Shown piece by piece: positions 38,855 through 51,199 of a stretch of DNA of 64,000 nt. Source of the DNA: Chiloscyllium plagiosum (lineage: Eukaryota); assembly GCF_004010195.1 (NCBI RefSeq), contig NC_057719.1, forward strand, positions 1,505,736 to 1,569,735, given 5' to 3'. Within the stretch, counting starts at the first letter, position 1. Every line of letters begins with the position of its first letter. The notes below the pieces were generated by a model. The model ran no database searches and was not told the origin of the DNA. It saw only the letters and a program-made list of their open reading frames with translations. The position numbers were made by a program, and so were the translations under genes.

Positions 38855-39070
38855 ATGTAATCCTGACTTGGAACTATGTTGCTATTCCCTCAGTATTACT
38901 GGGAAATCCTGCAACTCCCTCCTTAACAGCACCGTGAAACAATATTCCCCGTGTGGGTTGTAACGCTTCAAGAAGGCAGCTCACACACTACTACCTCCAG
39001 GGCAATTATGGATAGGCAATAAATGCTCACCCAGTCAGTGATGTCCACATCATGTGAATGAATTTAAAAA
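38855..39070 (+). mobile_element. LINE 3' end sharing its tail with the 10913 SINE family
   Basis: ttcaagaaggcagctcac...ggcaataaatgct...cagtgatgtccacatcatgtgaatgaa. Confidence 0.6.
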
Positions 39071-39324
39071 ATTACATTATTTTCTTTCTCATGCCTCTGT
39101 CTCCATACCCCATCTTTTTAAAAATCCAGATCTTTGTTTTTTTGGCTGGTAATGCATAATAGAAGTGTTTGATTGTGAACACTGAGTAGACTGTTCTACC
39201 TACTGACACACACGTGTGGAATAGTTACATTTAGCCTATTGGTTAGGGAGGGTTAAGTTTAACCAGAGCTAGTGTTGTAATCACTGTTCAATGAAAATAC
39301 ACATGTAAATGTTGAATGGCTGTT

Positions 39325-40500
39325 CTCGCCCTCTTCTTGGCAGCCTTTCAGGACTGAGGATGACTTTTCAACCAATCTGGAGTTGTCAGTCCTAAACTGA
39401 CTAAACAGTTCAACTTCTGCTGAAGCAGATGGGTGAGAGGTTTGGGTTTTCAGATGCTTATAGCTTCCTTCCCACTGTTTGCACTTGTCCTCCATCTGGG
39501 CAAGCACTCAAAATTATTGGCACCTTTGTGAACATTTCTCCATTCTACACAGCCTTGAGTTAGAGAGGGGAATATTTCATTTCTTCTAAAGCTTTGAAGA
39601 CCACCTTGAAGTGTTTTCTCTGCCCTCCTGGTAACTGCTTCCTATGACGAAGCTTCTTTGAGAAGTTTTTCTTTAGGCATGTGGAGGGTGTGGCTCACCT
39701 GACTCAGCTGATTGGCCGTTACCAGTGCGTCAGTACTAGGAATGAGAGGGCACTGATTTTGCTGTGTCTATCCTGCCATTGGATTTGCAGGATTTTGTGG
39801 AAGTGTCGCTGCTGATATTTCCCAGTGGATTTGTGTTGTCTGCTGTATGTTGACTGTGTGTTTCACACAAGAGGGCAGGTAACACTGTGGCCCTGTGCAC
39901 CATAAGCATTGTGCTAGGTTTCAGCTCTTTGTCATCAAGCGCTTTATATCCTCGATGGTCAAGGGCAACATTGGCCACTGGAAGATAATATTGAATTTTT
40001 CCATGGATATCGGTCCTCTGAGAGGGTACTCCCTAAATATGGGAATAGATCAGTGTTGTCCAATGGCTTGCTGTGGATCCTGATAGTTGGGCGAAAACAG
40101 TGTTGTGTAGTGAGAGCAGTCTGGAGAGAACTTCTGTCTTCTGAATGTTTAGCCTAAAGCCCATTCCTTCATTGGCTGCATGATGGGGTGGAACTCTGTT
40201 TCTGAGCATATGCACATACAGGAATTGTCTGCATCCTGCAGCTGAATAAGAGGTTGGATAGGTGTCTGTTCTGGATTGGATGTAATGTTGATTGAGCCAT
40301 TTCCTGCTTATCCAGCAGAGAAGCTTTACTCCAGTAGAAGGCTGTATGGTGATAGGGTTACAGTGACGACGATGGAAAAGAGTATTGGTACAGTGACACA
40401 GTCTTTCATCACCCCACGCTGCACAGTAATGTGTCTGTGCTGGGTCCGTTGGTGAGAATCACAGCTGGCAGACTGTCATTTGGGGGAGGAATTTTTATGG
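39325..40500 (-). mobile_element. RTE-clade LINE (decayed)
   Basis: Minus LKPSTMLMVHRATVLPALL and GFRLNIQKTEVL. Confidence 0.7.
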
Positions 40501-40564
40501 CCAATCAGATTTGAAGACAGTGCTCCGTAATCCTTCTCAGTTGTAAGATCATGTTAAGAGGTAG

Positions 40565-41115
40565 CTGTTGGTATCCAGAGGTCTGAAGTATAAGGATGCA
40601 GAGGTTAGACTCCACTTGGGACACCGAGAGTAAATCTGGGCACCACACTGTAAGAAGGCTTGGAAGGAGTACAGCATTGATTTGCAAGAATGATACCTGG
40701 ACTTCAGTGGTTAAGATATGAGGAGAGATTATACAAATTAGTCCTGTTTTCTCGAGAATTTTGAAGGTTAAGGGATGAGCTGATTGAAGTCTTCAAGATA
40801 TTAACAGGAAAGGGCACTGCAGATAAAGGGAAACTATTTCCACTGGTTGAAGCTTCTAAAACAAAGGGCATAGTCTGAGAATGAGGGCCAGACTGTTCAC
40901 GCGAGATGTTATGAAGCACTACCACACAAACTGCAGCTGATGCTAGATTAATTGTTTGTTTGAAATCTGAGAAGGATAAAGTTTTGTTAACGAAAGGTAT
41001 TCAGAGATATGGGCTTCGGGCAGATATATGGTGTTAGGTCACAGATCAGCCAAGATTTCATTGAATGGTGGAATGGACTCAAGGGGCTGAATAGCCTACT
41101 CCTGTTCCTTTGTTC
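40565..41115 (+). mobile_element. CR1 3' fragment
   Basis: tatgaggagagattatacaaattagtcctgttttctcgaga...gggctgaatagcctactcctgttcct. Confidence 0.8.
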
Positions 41116-41229
41116 CATCACTTCTTTTGAACTTGACTTGCAGTGAAGCTCATGTCCATTGAGCCTCTTGCTGGATGGAATATGCAGTGTAGCTCTGGTA
41201 GATACTGTCCAGCCACTGGGAGAAAACAG

Positions 41230-41377
41230 CAATTCAGGCAGCATCCGAGGACAGGCAAAATCGACGTTTGCCCGAAACGTCGATTTTGTCTGTCCTCGGA
41301 TGCTGCCTGAATTGCTGTGCTCTTCCAGCACCACTAATCCAGAATCTGGTTTCCAGCATCTGCAGTCATTGTTTTTA
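41230..41377. mobile_element. PLE-derived hairpin mini-element (family B)
   Basis: TSD ccactg(g/a)gagaaaacag at 41213-41229 and 41378-41394. Confidence 0.9.
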
Positions 41378-42048
41378 CCACTGAGAGAAAACAGTTGAGG
41401 ATTTTTACAATGACCACCTCTGTGGCTGAGGATGGGAGATCCTTCTGTAGATACTGCAATTGGTCTTAACTTTATCCTTGAATGAGGTCTCAATTGTAGT
41501 ATCACAGAGTTCTCCTGGCCTGCTGTCCTTCTTCCAGACGAGAGAGAATGGTCATATGCAAGTCTAGGTTGCTTCTCCATTGCAGTTTTGTATGACTTTG
41601 GGGATTCCATCTGCGCCAATAGCCTTGTTGGGTGGCTAGGATAGTAGATGTGGCTGTGATGCATTCATGGTATAAAATTCACCAAAGCTGTCTCAATTGA
41701 TTCACTTAGGTGATGTAACTCAGAGCGCCTGTGAAATCATTACCCAGCAGGGTAGCATTCTAAACTGAAATTCAAATGTCAAAAATCTTGGCAACAAATA
41801 CCCTGTGCTATGGATTTTAAAAAAAATTCTACATTTCGATCATGTGTCTTGAAGGAGCGAGGCTGTCATGGCAGCAGATTCTAAACTGCATCATCTGCCT
41901 GCAGCTAATTCTCACTGTCAAGGTGGTGATTCAGCACACACACACATACACACACACACACAAACCTAGATTTGTTCAATATATAATTTCAGTTGCATGA
42001 CACTGTAATCTTTTGCTATAAATTCTGTGTCTTATGGTCCTGCTCCAC

Positions 42049-42088
42049 AGCTACCTGATGAAGGAGCAGTGCTCCGAAAGCTAGTGCT
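42049..42088 (+). ncRNA. Minimal type I hammerhead ribozyme motif
   Basis: agctac-CTGATGA(42055-42061)-a-GGAGC-agt-GCTCC-GAAA-GCTA-gtgct: core intact, 5 bp stem II, AGCT palindromic stem III, CUA cleavage triplet, short bulged stem I. Confidence 0.7.
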
Positions 42089-42140
42089 TCCAAATAAACC
42101 CGTAGAACTATAACCTGGTGTCGTGTGATTTTTAACTTTG

Positions 42141-42267
42141 AGAAAGTGAGGACTGCAGATGCTGGAGATCAGAGCTGAATGAGGGCTTATGCCCGAAACG
42201 TTGATTCTCCTGTTCCTTGGATGCTGCCTGACCTGCTGCGCTTTTCCAGCAACACATTTTTCAGCTC
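42141..42267. mobile_element. PLE-derived inverted mini-element (family A)
   Basis: Perfect TSD tgatttttaactttg at 42126-42140 and 42268-42282. Confidence 0.9.
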
Positions 42268-43734
42268 TGATTTTTAACTTTGTCCACCCCAGTCCAATTC
42301 CGGCTCTTCCATATCATCTGTAGGTCCTGCCTGACCTGTTGAGCATTTGTAGCATTTTCCCTTCATAAATTTGTTTCTTGACAATATTAGTTGAGGGATA
42401 AATGTTAGCTGCGGTAAATGCGAGACCCTGTCATCTCTTTCAGCCACTTGAGAGTGCTTCAGGCCTTTGATTGACATCACATTGGAACAATGGCATATCC
42501 AACAGTGCAGCAATCCCTCAACATGGTAATGCAGTATTACCCAAGATTTTGACCTCTAGTTTTTGCTGTGAAAGTCAGATCTTCTAAAGCGGAGGTGAGA
42601 GAGAGCATTGAACCAGGACTGACATGCCAGCAATATTTTCATTGTATGGTGACCAGGCATTACAAATCCTTGCTACTTTTGAGTTCCTTCTCTTGTATGC
42701 CTTCCTAATTCAGGGTGAGACTCTTTTAAAGGCCAAACCTATGAAAACCATTTTCCACTTATCTTCTCACTGGGAGCCGAGATGGTGATGTAACTGAGCT
42801 GATCTGTCTGTTGCTTCTTACACCAGAAGCCCGTACAAAGGGAATGTTGTATTGTCATACTGCAGCAGATATTGCCAGCAGAGCTCCAGACTGGGTTTGG
42901 TGGATTTTAAAGATCACATTGCACTGTTTGAGGAAAAGTAGGACCATTTTGACAGCTTTTGTTCAGTGGTGCTTTTTTATCTATCACCAGAAGTAAATTG
43001 CTTGGTGTCTCTCACTACTCATACTGAGAGCTTGTTGCATATGAAGTAAGAACTACAGTACGTATATGAACATCAAATTTACAAATGTTCATTGTTATGA
43101 ATGCAGTCCCATTACACGTGTGTAATTTTTAAGATCCAACAGATGCACTTTTTCTATTATGAAACAGCTGCTTTATATTGTCCTGTACTGTGTTCCGACT
43201 TGCGAATCAACTCCAGAATGGAACCCATTCACAGCCTAAGGGCTGCCTGTAGTAGTCATTATACCTAAAAGTAGCATTTCAATTGACATTAATATCACAT
43301 GCTATAAAAGTGCTAGTTCTTTCTGATTGCTCTGGACAGTGACGTTTACCCACAGAGTTGACCTTATTCCTTCAAAAAGCAATGTTGTTAGAGTAATAGC
43401 TTTACATGCAATGTTTCCATGCTGATTGGTTTTCGCTATCCGCTCAGGCACAGCTCTTGTGATCACTCACTGTTAGAGGCTGGAGCTTTGTTCACATGCA
43501 AATTTTAATATGAAAGAAGGAATAAGACATGCAATTCAAGTGATCAATCGTCGTATCCTCACTTGTTTCAAATGCAGAATATTATGTCATTCTCCTCTTA
43601 TCTGTTTGTACAGTAAAGTGATTGAGTTAGGAAGTTGTAGCTAACATAATCCTCAATCTTCCATTTGGAAGTTCATTTTGATGCCTTTAGTTGTACTGTG
43701 TCAATTCTAGGGGTTTGTTCTTCCTTATCCCTTA

Positions 43735-43975
43735 TGGTTAAAAATCACATAACACCAGGTGAGAGTCCAACAGGTTTATTTGAAAATACAAGCTTTCAGA
43801 GCGCTGCACCTTTGTCAGGTGGCTATTGGGGCAGGATCATAGGACACAGAATTTATAGTAAAAGATGAAAGTATCATACAACTGATGTGATGTATTGAAC
43901 AAACCTAGTTTGCTGTTAAGTTTTTAATCACTTAGAATAGGTTGCAGGTTTTGATTGATTAATATGTAAATCCCT
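43735..43975 (-). mobile_element. PLE terminus (family D, diverged)
   Basis: aaaaatcacataacaccagg...agctttcagagcgctgcacctttgtcaggtgg. Confidence 0.75.
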
Positions 43976-44039
43976 CAGAGTTATCACTGATTTCCACCGA
44001 AGCCCCTCCATGTCAATATTAATGATTCTGGAATCCTCA

Positions 44040-44965
44040 TCCAGAAGGTGGTCTGAGGAGTGGCAGTTGGAATTTAATTTAGATAAATGTGAGGTGCTGC
44101 ATTTTGAAAAGGCAAATCAGGGTAGGACTTATGCACTTAATGGTAAGGTCCTGGGGTGTGTTGCTGAACAAAGAGATCTTGTAGTACAGGTTCATAGTTC
44201 CTTGAAAGTGGAGTCGCAGGTAGCTAGGATAGTGAAGAAGGCGTTTGGTATGCTTTCCTTTATTGGTCAGAGCATTGAGTACAGGAGTTGGGAGGTCATG
44301 TTGTGGCTGTACAGAACATTAGTTAGAACACCTTTGGTGGAATACTGTGTGCAGTTCTGGTCTCCCTCCTATCGGAAGGATGTTGTGAAACTTGAAAGGG
44401 TTCAGAAAAGTATTACAATGATGTTGCCAGGATTGGAGAGTTTGAGCTGGAGAGGGAGAGGCTGAATAGGCTGGGGCTGTTTTCCCTGGAGTGTCGGAGG
44501 CTGAGGGATGACCTTATAGACGTTTGTAAAATCATGAGGGGCATGGATAGGGGTGGGGGAGTCCAGAACTAAACGATGTAGGTTTAGGGTGAGAGGGAAA
44601 AAAATATAAAAGGGACCTAAGGAACAATGTTTTCATGCAGAGGGTGGTGCATGTACAGAATGAGCTGCCAGAGGAAGTGGTGAAGGCTAATACAATAACA
44701 ACATTTAAAAGGCATTTGGAGGGATATGGGCCAAATGGTAGCAAATGGGACTAAAATAATTGAGGATATCTGGTTGGCATGGATGTGTTGAACCGAAGGC
44801 TCTATTCCATGCTGTACATCTCTGTGACTCTAAGAATGAGGTTTCTGCTTATGGGCCAGGTGCTGGCAGGTGGGACTAGATTGGGTTGGGATATCTGGTC
44901 GGCATGGACGGGTTGGACCGAAGGGTCTGTTTCCATGCTGTACATCTCTATGACTATGACTCTAT
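44040..44965 (+). mobile_element. CR1 3' region plus a second tandem 3' UTR (about 44850-44965)
   Basis: WSEEWQLEFNLDKCEVLHF...EYCVQFWSPSYRKD. Confidence 0.9.
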
Positions 44966-45454
44966 GTTACTCCAAAGTCTGCTTTAATGTTAGTTGGACT
45001 AAAGCCATCTCCACAGCTCTGATCAGTACCAACTTGCCTTTGACTTAGACTCTGTCTCCCTGGCTGCCACCTTACATTAATCCACTGCTGGCAAATGTAG
45101 GCAGATGCTGAATTTCAAGCTTGCGTACGTTAGTCATGTCTGGTTAAAGTCAAAAACTGCTGACCGTCACCTCCCACAATTCCTTGTTTCTGTCCTCAGC
45201 TGTTCCCTCATCATCTTAAACCTAATCTGTTAGCTCATGGCTGGACATTCGTAATTCTCTCTTAGCTGACGATCTTGCTCCTTTTTTTTTACTTGTTACC
45301 GCTCATCCAGATCAGCATACATTATGTCACAGATGCCACCATATTATCTTTGCAATAACTTGTTGATCTTTGCCTTAATTTTCAAGATGTGCCATCCTGC
45401 CATACACTTTCTCCTATTTCCCTTTTCCACCCTTTTGTGTCTTTCTCTCACTGT

Positions 45455-47440
45455 TATGGAGTCATTCAACATGGAAACTGACCATTCGGTCTAACACATC
45501 TGCGCCGACTAGACTTCTCAATCTGACCTAATCCCATTTCCAAGCGTTTGGCCAATTTCCCTCTAAACCCTTCCATTTCGTATCTCCATTCAGATGCCCT
45601 TGAAATGTTGTAGTTATACCAGCCTCCACCCAAATCCCCTGGCAGCTGGCTTCATACATGCACCACTTTCTGCATGAAAACATTACCTCCCAGGTCCTTT
45701 TAAACTCTTTCCTCTCTCACCTATGTCCTCTAGTTTTGTACTTCCCTGTCATAGGAAAATATACCTTGACTATTCCCTCCATCCATACCCCTCATAATTT
45801 TATAAATCTCAGCCTCCCAATGCCCCTTGGGAAAATGGACCAATCTATTCAGCCTCTCCCAATACCTCGAACCCTCCAATCCTGGCAACATCTTGTAAAT
45901 CTTTTCTGCACCCTTTCAATTTTAACAACATCCAGAATTGTATGCAGTATTCCAAAAGTGCCCTCTTGAATATCCTGTATAGCCTCAACATGACATCCCA
46001 ACTCCTATACCGTACTCTTTGTTATGACCAATGAAGACAAACATGATGAATGCCTTCCTTACCACCCTGTCTACCTGCAACTTCACTTTCAAGGCACTAT
46101 ACACCTGTATCCCAAGATCTCTTTGTTCGGTAATATTCCCCAGGACCTTACCGTTAAGTGTATAAGTCCAGCCCTGATTTGCCTTACCAAAATTCAGCAC
46201 CTCACATTTATCTAAATTAAACTTCATCTGCCACTCCTTGGCCCATCTGATCAAGATCCCGTTGTACGCTGCAATAACCATTTTCGTATTTTGGTATCAT
46301 CTGCAAACTTACTAACTGTGCCTCTGATATTCTCATCCAAATCATTTGTAGAAATGGCAAAAAGTAGTGGACCCAGCACCAATCCTAGTGAAAATGCTGG
46401 TCACAGGCCTCCTGTCTGAACCACAACCCTCCAATATCCCCCTCAGTCTCCTACCTTTGAACCAGTTGGCTAGGGCCCTCTGGATCCCATGTGATCTGAC
46501 CTTGCTAACTAGTCTACAATGTGAAACCTTGTCGAATGCTTTGCTGAAGTCCATACAGATAATTTTCACAACTCTGCCTGTTTCAGTCTTCTTTGTCACC
46601 TCTTTTTAAAAAAAACTCAGTCAAGTTAGTGAGACACAATTTCGCGTGCATAATGTCATCCCTAATCCGTCCTTGTATTTCCAAATACTGTCAATCCCCT
46701 CCAGCAACTTACCTATCACAGACATATAGTTCACCAATCCATAATTTCCAGGCTTTTCTTTACCACCTTTCTGAAATAATGACACCACAATAACCAACCT
46801 TCAGTCTTCTGGCACCTCACCTGTGTCTATCAATGATACAAATACCGCAGAAAGAGGCCCAGCAATCTCTTTCCAAGCTTCTTATAAAATTCTGGAAAAC
46901 ATCTCATCGCGGGCAGCACGGTGGTTCAGTGGTTAGCACTGTTGCCTCACATCGCCAGCCTTGGGCAATTCTCTGTGTGGAGTTTGCATATTCTCCCCAT
47001 GTCTGCATGGATTTTCTCCGGGTGCTCTGGTTTCCTCCCACAATTCAAAGATGTATAGGTTAGGCGCATTAGTTGGGATAAATGTAGAGTAATAGGGTAG
47101 GGAAATGAGTCTGGATGAGTTACTCTTCGGAGGGTCAGTATGGACTTGTTGGACCAAATGGTCTGTTTCCGCACTGTAGGGATTCTATGATATGTCCCAT
47201 TTATATATCTACCATTATGCACTTTAAGACCTCTACCACCTTGTTTTCACTGTATGAACTCTTTTCACAACATCTATACCTATTTCCCAAGTTCCCTCAC
47301 ATCCAAATCCTTCTCCATAGTAAATACTAACGCAAAAGTTTTGTTTAGTTTATCGCCCATCTCCTGTGGCCATACTGATCTTTAAGGTGCCCTATTCTGT
47401 TCCTACTTACTCTTTTGCCCTTAATGTACTTATAGAATCT
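45455..47440 (-). mobile_element. CR1 LINE (decayed) with an HE1 insertion
   Basis: WAKEWQMKFNLDKC; MDFSKAFDKVSH. Confidence 0.88.
46911..47190 (+). mobile_element. HE1-type SINE (internally deleted)
   Basis: gggcagcacggtggttcagtggttagcact head and V-domain. Confidence 0.88.
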
Positions 47441-47635
47441 AGAATCATAGTCATACAGAATGGAATTAGTCCCTTTGGTCCAACCAGTCCTGGCTGACAA
47501 TGTTCCCAAACTAAACTAGTCCCACCTACCTGCATTTGGCCCAAATCCTTCCAAGTATTTCATATCCATGTACTTATCTCAATGTCTTTTAAACGTAACT
47601 GGTACCTGCATCCATGACTTTCTCTGGAAGTTCAG

Positions 47636-47730
47636 AGTTGATCAAGTGTGGCGCATGAAAAGCACAGCAGGTCAGGCAGCATCCGAGGAGCAAGAGAAGT
47701 CGACATTTCGGGCTTAACCCTTCATAAGAA
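47636..47730 (-). mobile_element. PLE terminus mini-insertion
   Basis: Perfect TSD ctggaagttcag at 47624-47635 and 47731-47742. Confidence 0.88.
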
Positions 47731-47909
47731 CTGGAAGTTCAGTCCATGCATGAACCACACTTTTATGTATAAATAAAATGCCATTAATCTCTTTTCTCTC
47801 ACCTTTAAAAATATGCTCCCTAGTCTTGACATCCTCTGAACCTGGGAAAAGTCACCTGCCATTAACCTTATTTATAACCATCATGATTTTATAAGCCTCG
47901 ATAAAGTTC

Positions 47910-48390
47910 CTCCCATATCTCAGGAAATATGTACTGGCCTTGTAGCATGTTCAGAGGAGGTTCATTAGAATGGTCTCAGGAATGAAAAGCTTAACATATG
48001 AGGAATGTTTGAGGACTCTGGAGTTTAGAAAGATGAGGGGAAATTAATTGAAACATACAGAATACTGAATGGCCTGGACAGAGTAAATGTTGTGAAGATG
48101 TTTCCATTGGTAGGAGAGATGAGGACCTAGAGGGCATAGCCTTAGAGTAAAGGGAAAACCCTTTAGAACAGAGAGACAGTCGGGAATCAATGAAGTTCAC
48201 TGCCACAGAAGGCTGTGGAGGCCAGGTCATTGAATATATTTAAGACTGAGGTAGATAGGGGATTGTCAAGGGGATCAAGGGTTATGGGCAGAAAGTGGCA
48301 GAATGGGGTTAAGAAACCTTTCAACCATGATTGAATGGAGGAGCAAACGCTATGGACTGAATGGTCTAATTTCTGCTTCTGTCTTCTGGA
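47910..48390 (+). mobile_element. CR1 3' fragment inserted antisense
   Basis: ttcagaggaggttcattagaatg...ggctgtggaggccaggtcattg. Confidence 0.8.
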
Positions 48391-48792
48391 ACCTCCAGTG
48401 ACAAACTACCAGCTTCTCCCTACAACTCAAGCCCTCTTTCCTGGCAACATCCTGCTGAATCTCTTCTGATCCCCTCCAACTTAATATCCTTCCAACAACA
48501 GGGAGACCAGAACTGGGCACAGTACTCCAGAAGAGGCCTCACCAACACCCTGAACAACATAAACATAACATCCCAATTCCTAGACTCAAAGGTCTGAGCA
48601 ATGAAGGCAACCCTGCTAAATGGCGCCTTAATCAGCATGTCTACCTGTGATGCAAATTTCAAAGAATTACATACCTGAACCCCGGGTGTCTCTGTTCCAC
48701 AATCCTACCCAGGACCCGAAAACTAACTGTATAAATCCTGCCCTTGTTTGTTTTACCAAAATGCAATACCTCAGTTATCTCGAGTAAATGGT

Positions 48793-49061
48793 GGGCAGCA
48801 CAGTGACTCAGTGGTTAGCACTGCTGCCTCTCAGTGCCAGAGACCTGGGTTCAATTCCCGCCTCAGGCAACTGTCTGTGTGGAGTTTGCACATTCTCCCC
48901 GTGTCTGCGTGGGTTTCCTCCCACAGGTGAATTGGCCATGGGAAATTTCCCGTAGTGTTAGTGAAGGGGTAAATGTAGGGGAATGCGTATGGGTGGGTTG
49001 GTCTTCGGAGGGTCGGTGTTGGGCCGAAGGGCCTGTTTCCGCACTGTAAGTAATCTAATCT
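48793..49061 (+). mobile_element. HE1-type SINE
   Basis: B box ggttcaattcc; (taatc)n tail. Confidence 0.9.
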
Positions 49062-49379
49062 GAACTCCATCTACCGCTGCTCAGCCCATTGACCCAGTTG
49101 ATCAAGATCTCTTTGTAATCTTAGATAATTGTGTTTGCTCTTCACTAAACCACCAATTTTGGTGTTATCTACAAACTTACTAACCATGCCTCCTATATTC
49201 CCATCCAGATTATTTATATAAATGGCAAACAAAAGTGGACTCCAGACAGATCCCTGTAGAACACCCCCACTCCAAAAAACAACCCTTCACTAGCACCCTC
49301 TGTCTCCTACTGTCAAACTAATCTTGTATCCAACTGGCAAGCTCACCCTGAATGCCATGTGATCTAACTTTACTAATTT

Positions 49380-50408
49380 GTATTGGGATCAGAAATTGGC
49401 TAGCTGAAAGAAAACAGAGGGTGATGGATGATGGGAAATATTCATCCTGGAGTTTAGTTACTAATGGGGTACTGCAAGAATCTGTTTTGGGTCCACTGCT
49501 GTTTGTCATTTTATTTAAATAAATGACCTGGATGAGAGAATAGAAGGATAGATTAGTAAATTTGCGGATGACACAAATTGTAGAGAGTGACGAAGGATGT
49601 TGTAGATTACAGAGGGACATAGATAAGCTGCAGAGCTAGGCTGAGAGGTGGCAAATGGGGTTTAATGTGGAAAAGTGTGAGGTGATTCACTTTAGATGGA
49701 GTAACAGGAATGCAGACTACTGGGCTAATGGTAAGATCCTTGGTAGTGTGGATGAAAAGAGAGATCTCGGTGTCTATATGCATAGATCCTTGAAAGTTGC
49801 CGGCCATATTGAAAAAATGGTTAAAAAGGCATATGGTATGTTAGCTTTTATTGGTAGAGGGATTGAATTTCGGAACTATGGTGTTATGTTGTAGCTTTAC
49901 ATAACTCTGGTGCAACCGCACTTAGTATATTATGTACAGTCCTGGTCACCGCATTTATAGGAAGGATATGGAAGCTTTGAAAAGAGTTCAGAGGAGATTT
50001 ATCAGAATGTTGCCTGGTATGGAGGGAAGGTCTTATGAGTAAAGGCTGAGGGACTTGAAGCTGTTTTCATTAGAGAGAAGAAGGTTGAGAGGTGACTTCA
50101 TAGAGACATATAAGATAATCAGAGGGTTAGATAGGGTGGACAGGGAGAGCTTTTTTCCTCGGATGGTGATGGCTGGCATGAGGGGATATAGCTTTAAATT
50201 GAGGGGTGATTGATATAGGCAGATGTCAGAGGTAGTTTCTTTACATGGAGTAGTAGGGGTGTAGAACACATTGCCTAGAACAGTCATAGACTCGCCAACT
50301 TTAAGGGCATTTAAATGGTCGTTGGATAGACATATGGATGAAATGGAATGGTGTAGGATAGATGGGCTTCAGATTGGTTTCACAGTATGTAGTGGTCTAT
50401 GTTCTATA
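49380..50408 (+). mobile_element. CR1 LINE 3' 1 kb inserted antisense
   Basis: tttgcggatgac (FADD); FNVEKCEVIHF; taatt on both sides. Confidence 0.9.
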
Positions 50409-50881
50409 ATTAGTCTACTGTGTGGAAACTTGCCGAAAGCTTTCCTAAAGTCCATGTAAGTAATTGTTACCACTCTGCCCTCATCAATCTTTTTAGTTAC
50501 TTAGTCATAGAGATGTATAGCACGGAAACAGACCCTTTGATCCAACCCGTCCATACCGACCAGATATCCTCACGTAATCTCGCCCCATTTGCCAGCACTT
50601 GGCCTATATCCCTCTAAATTCTTTCTATTCATATACCCATCCAGATGCTTTTTAAATACTTTAATTGTACCAGCCTCCACCATTTCCTGTGGCAGCTCAT
50701 TCCATACACTCACCACCCTCTGCGTCAAAAGTTTGTCCCTTAGGTTCCTTTTATATCTTTCCCCTCTCAATCTAAACCTATGTCCTCTAGTTCTGGACTC
50801 CCCCACCCCAAAGAAAAGACCTAGTCTATTTACCCTATCCATGCCCCTCATGATTTTATGAACCTCTATAAGGCCACCCTT

Positions 50882-51199
50882 GGGGTGGCACAGTGGCTCA
50901 GTGGTTAGCATTGCTGCCTCACAGCGCCAGGCACCCGGGTTCGATTCCAGCCTCGGGCAACTTTCTGTGTGGAGTTTGCATATTCTCCCTGTGTCTGTGT
51001 GGGTTTCCTCTGGGTGCTCCGGTTTCCTCCCACAGTCCAAAGATGTGCAGGTCAAGTGAATTGGCCATGCTAAATTGCCCATTGTGTTAGGTGCATTAGT
51101 CAGAGGGAAATGGGTCTGGGTGGGTTACTCTTTGAAGGATCAGTGTGGACTTGTTGGGCCAAAGGGCCTGTTTCCACATTGTAGGGAATCGAATCTAAT
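50882..51199 (+). mobile_element. HE1-type SINE
   Basis: Full length, inside the CR1 sequence cacccctcagcc. Confidence 0.92.

Larger units (their letters stand above)
41960..42320 (+). mobile_element. PLE 3' terminus (family D), interrupted by a family A hairpin
   Basis: Homologous to 33478-33612 and 43735-43975 (reverse complement). Confidence 0.8.

Noticed and set aside
40987..41664. 225 aa minus-strand ORF
   Set aside because: Chimeric read-through of a possible RTE remnant, a PLE hairpin and CR1.
4361..42267. Recurrent palindromes as CRISPR repeats, terminators or miRNA precursors
   Set aside because: Dispersed, variable in length, flanked by TSDs and homologous to PLE termini; no repeat-spacer array and a eukaryotic context.
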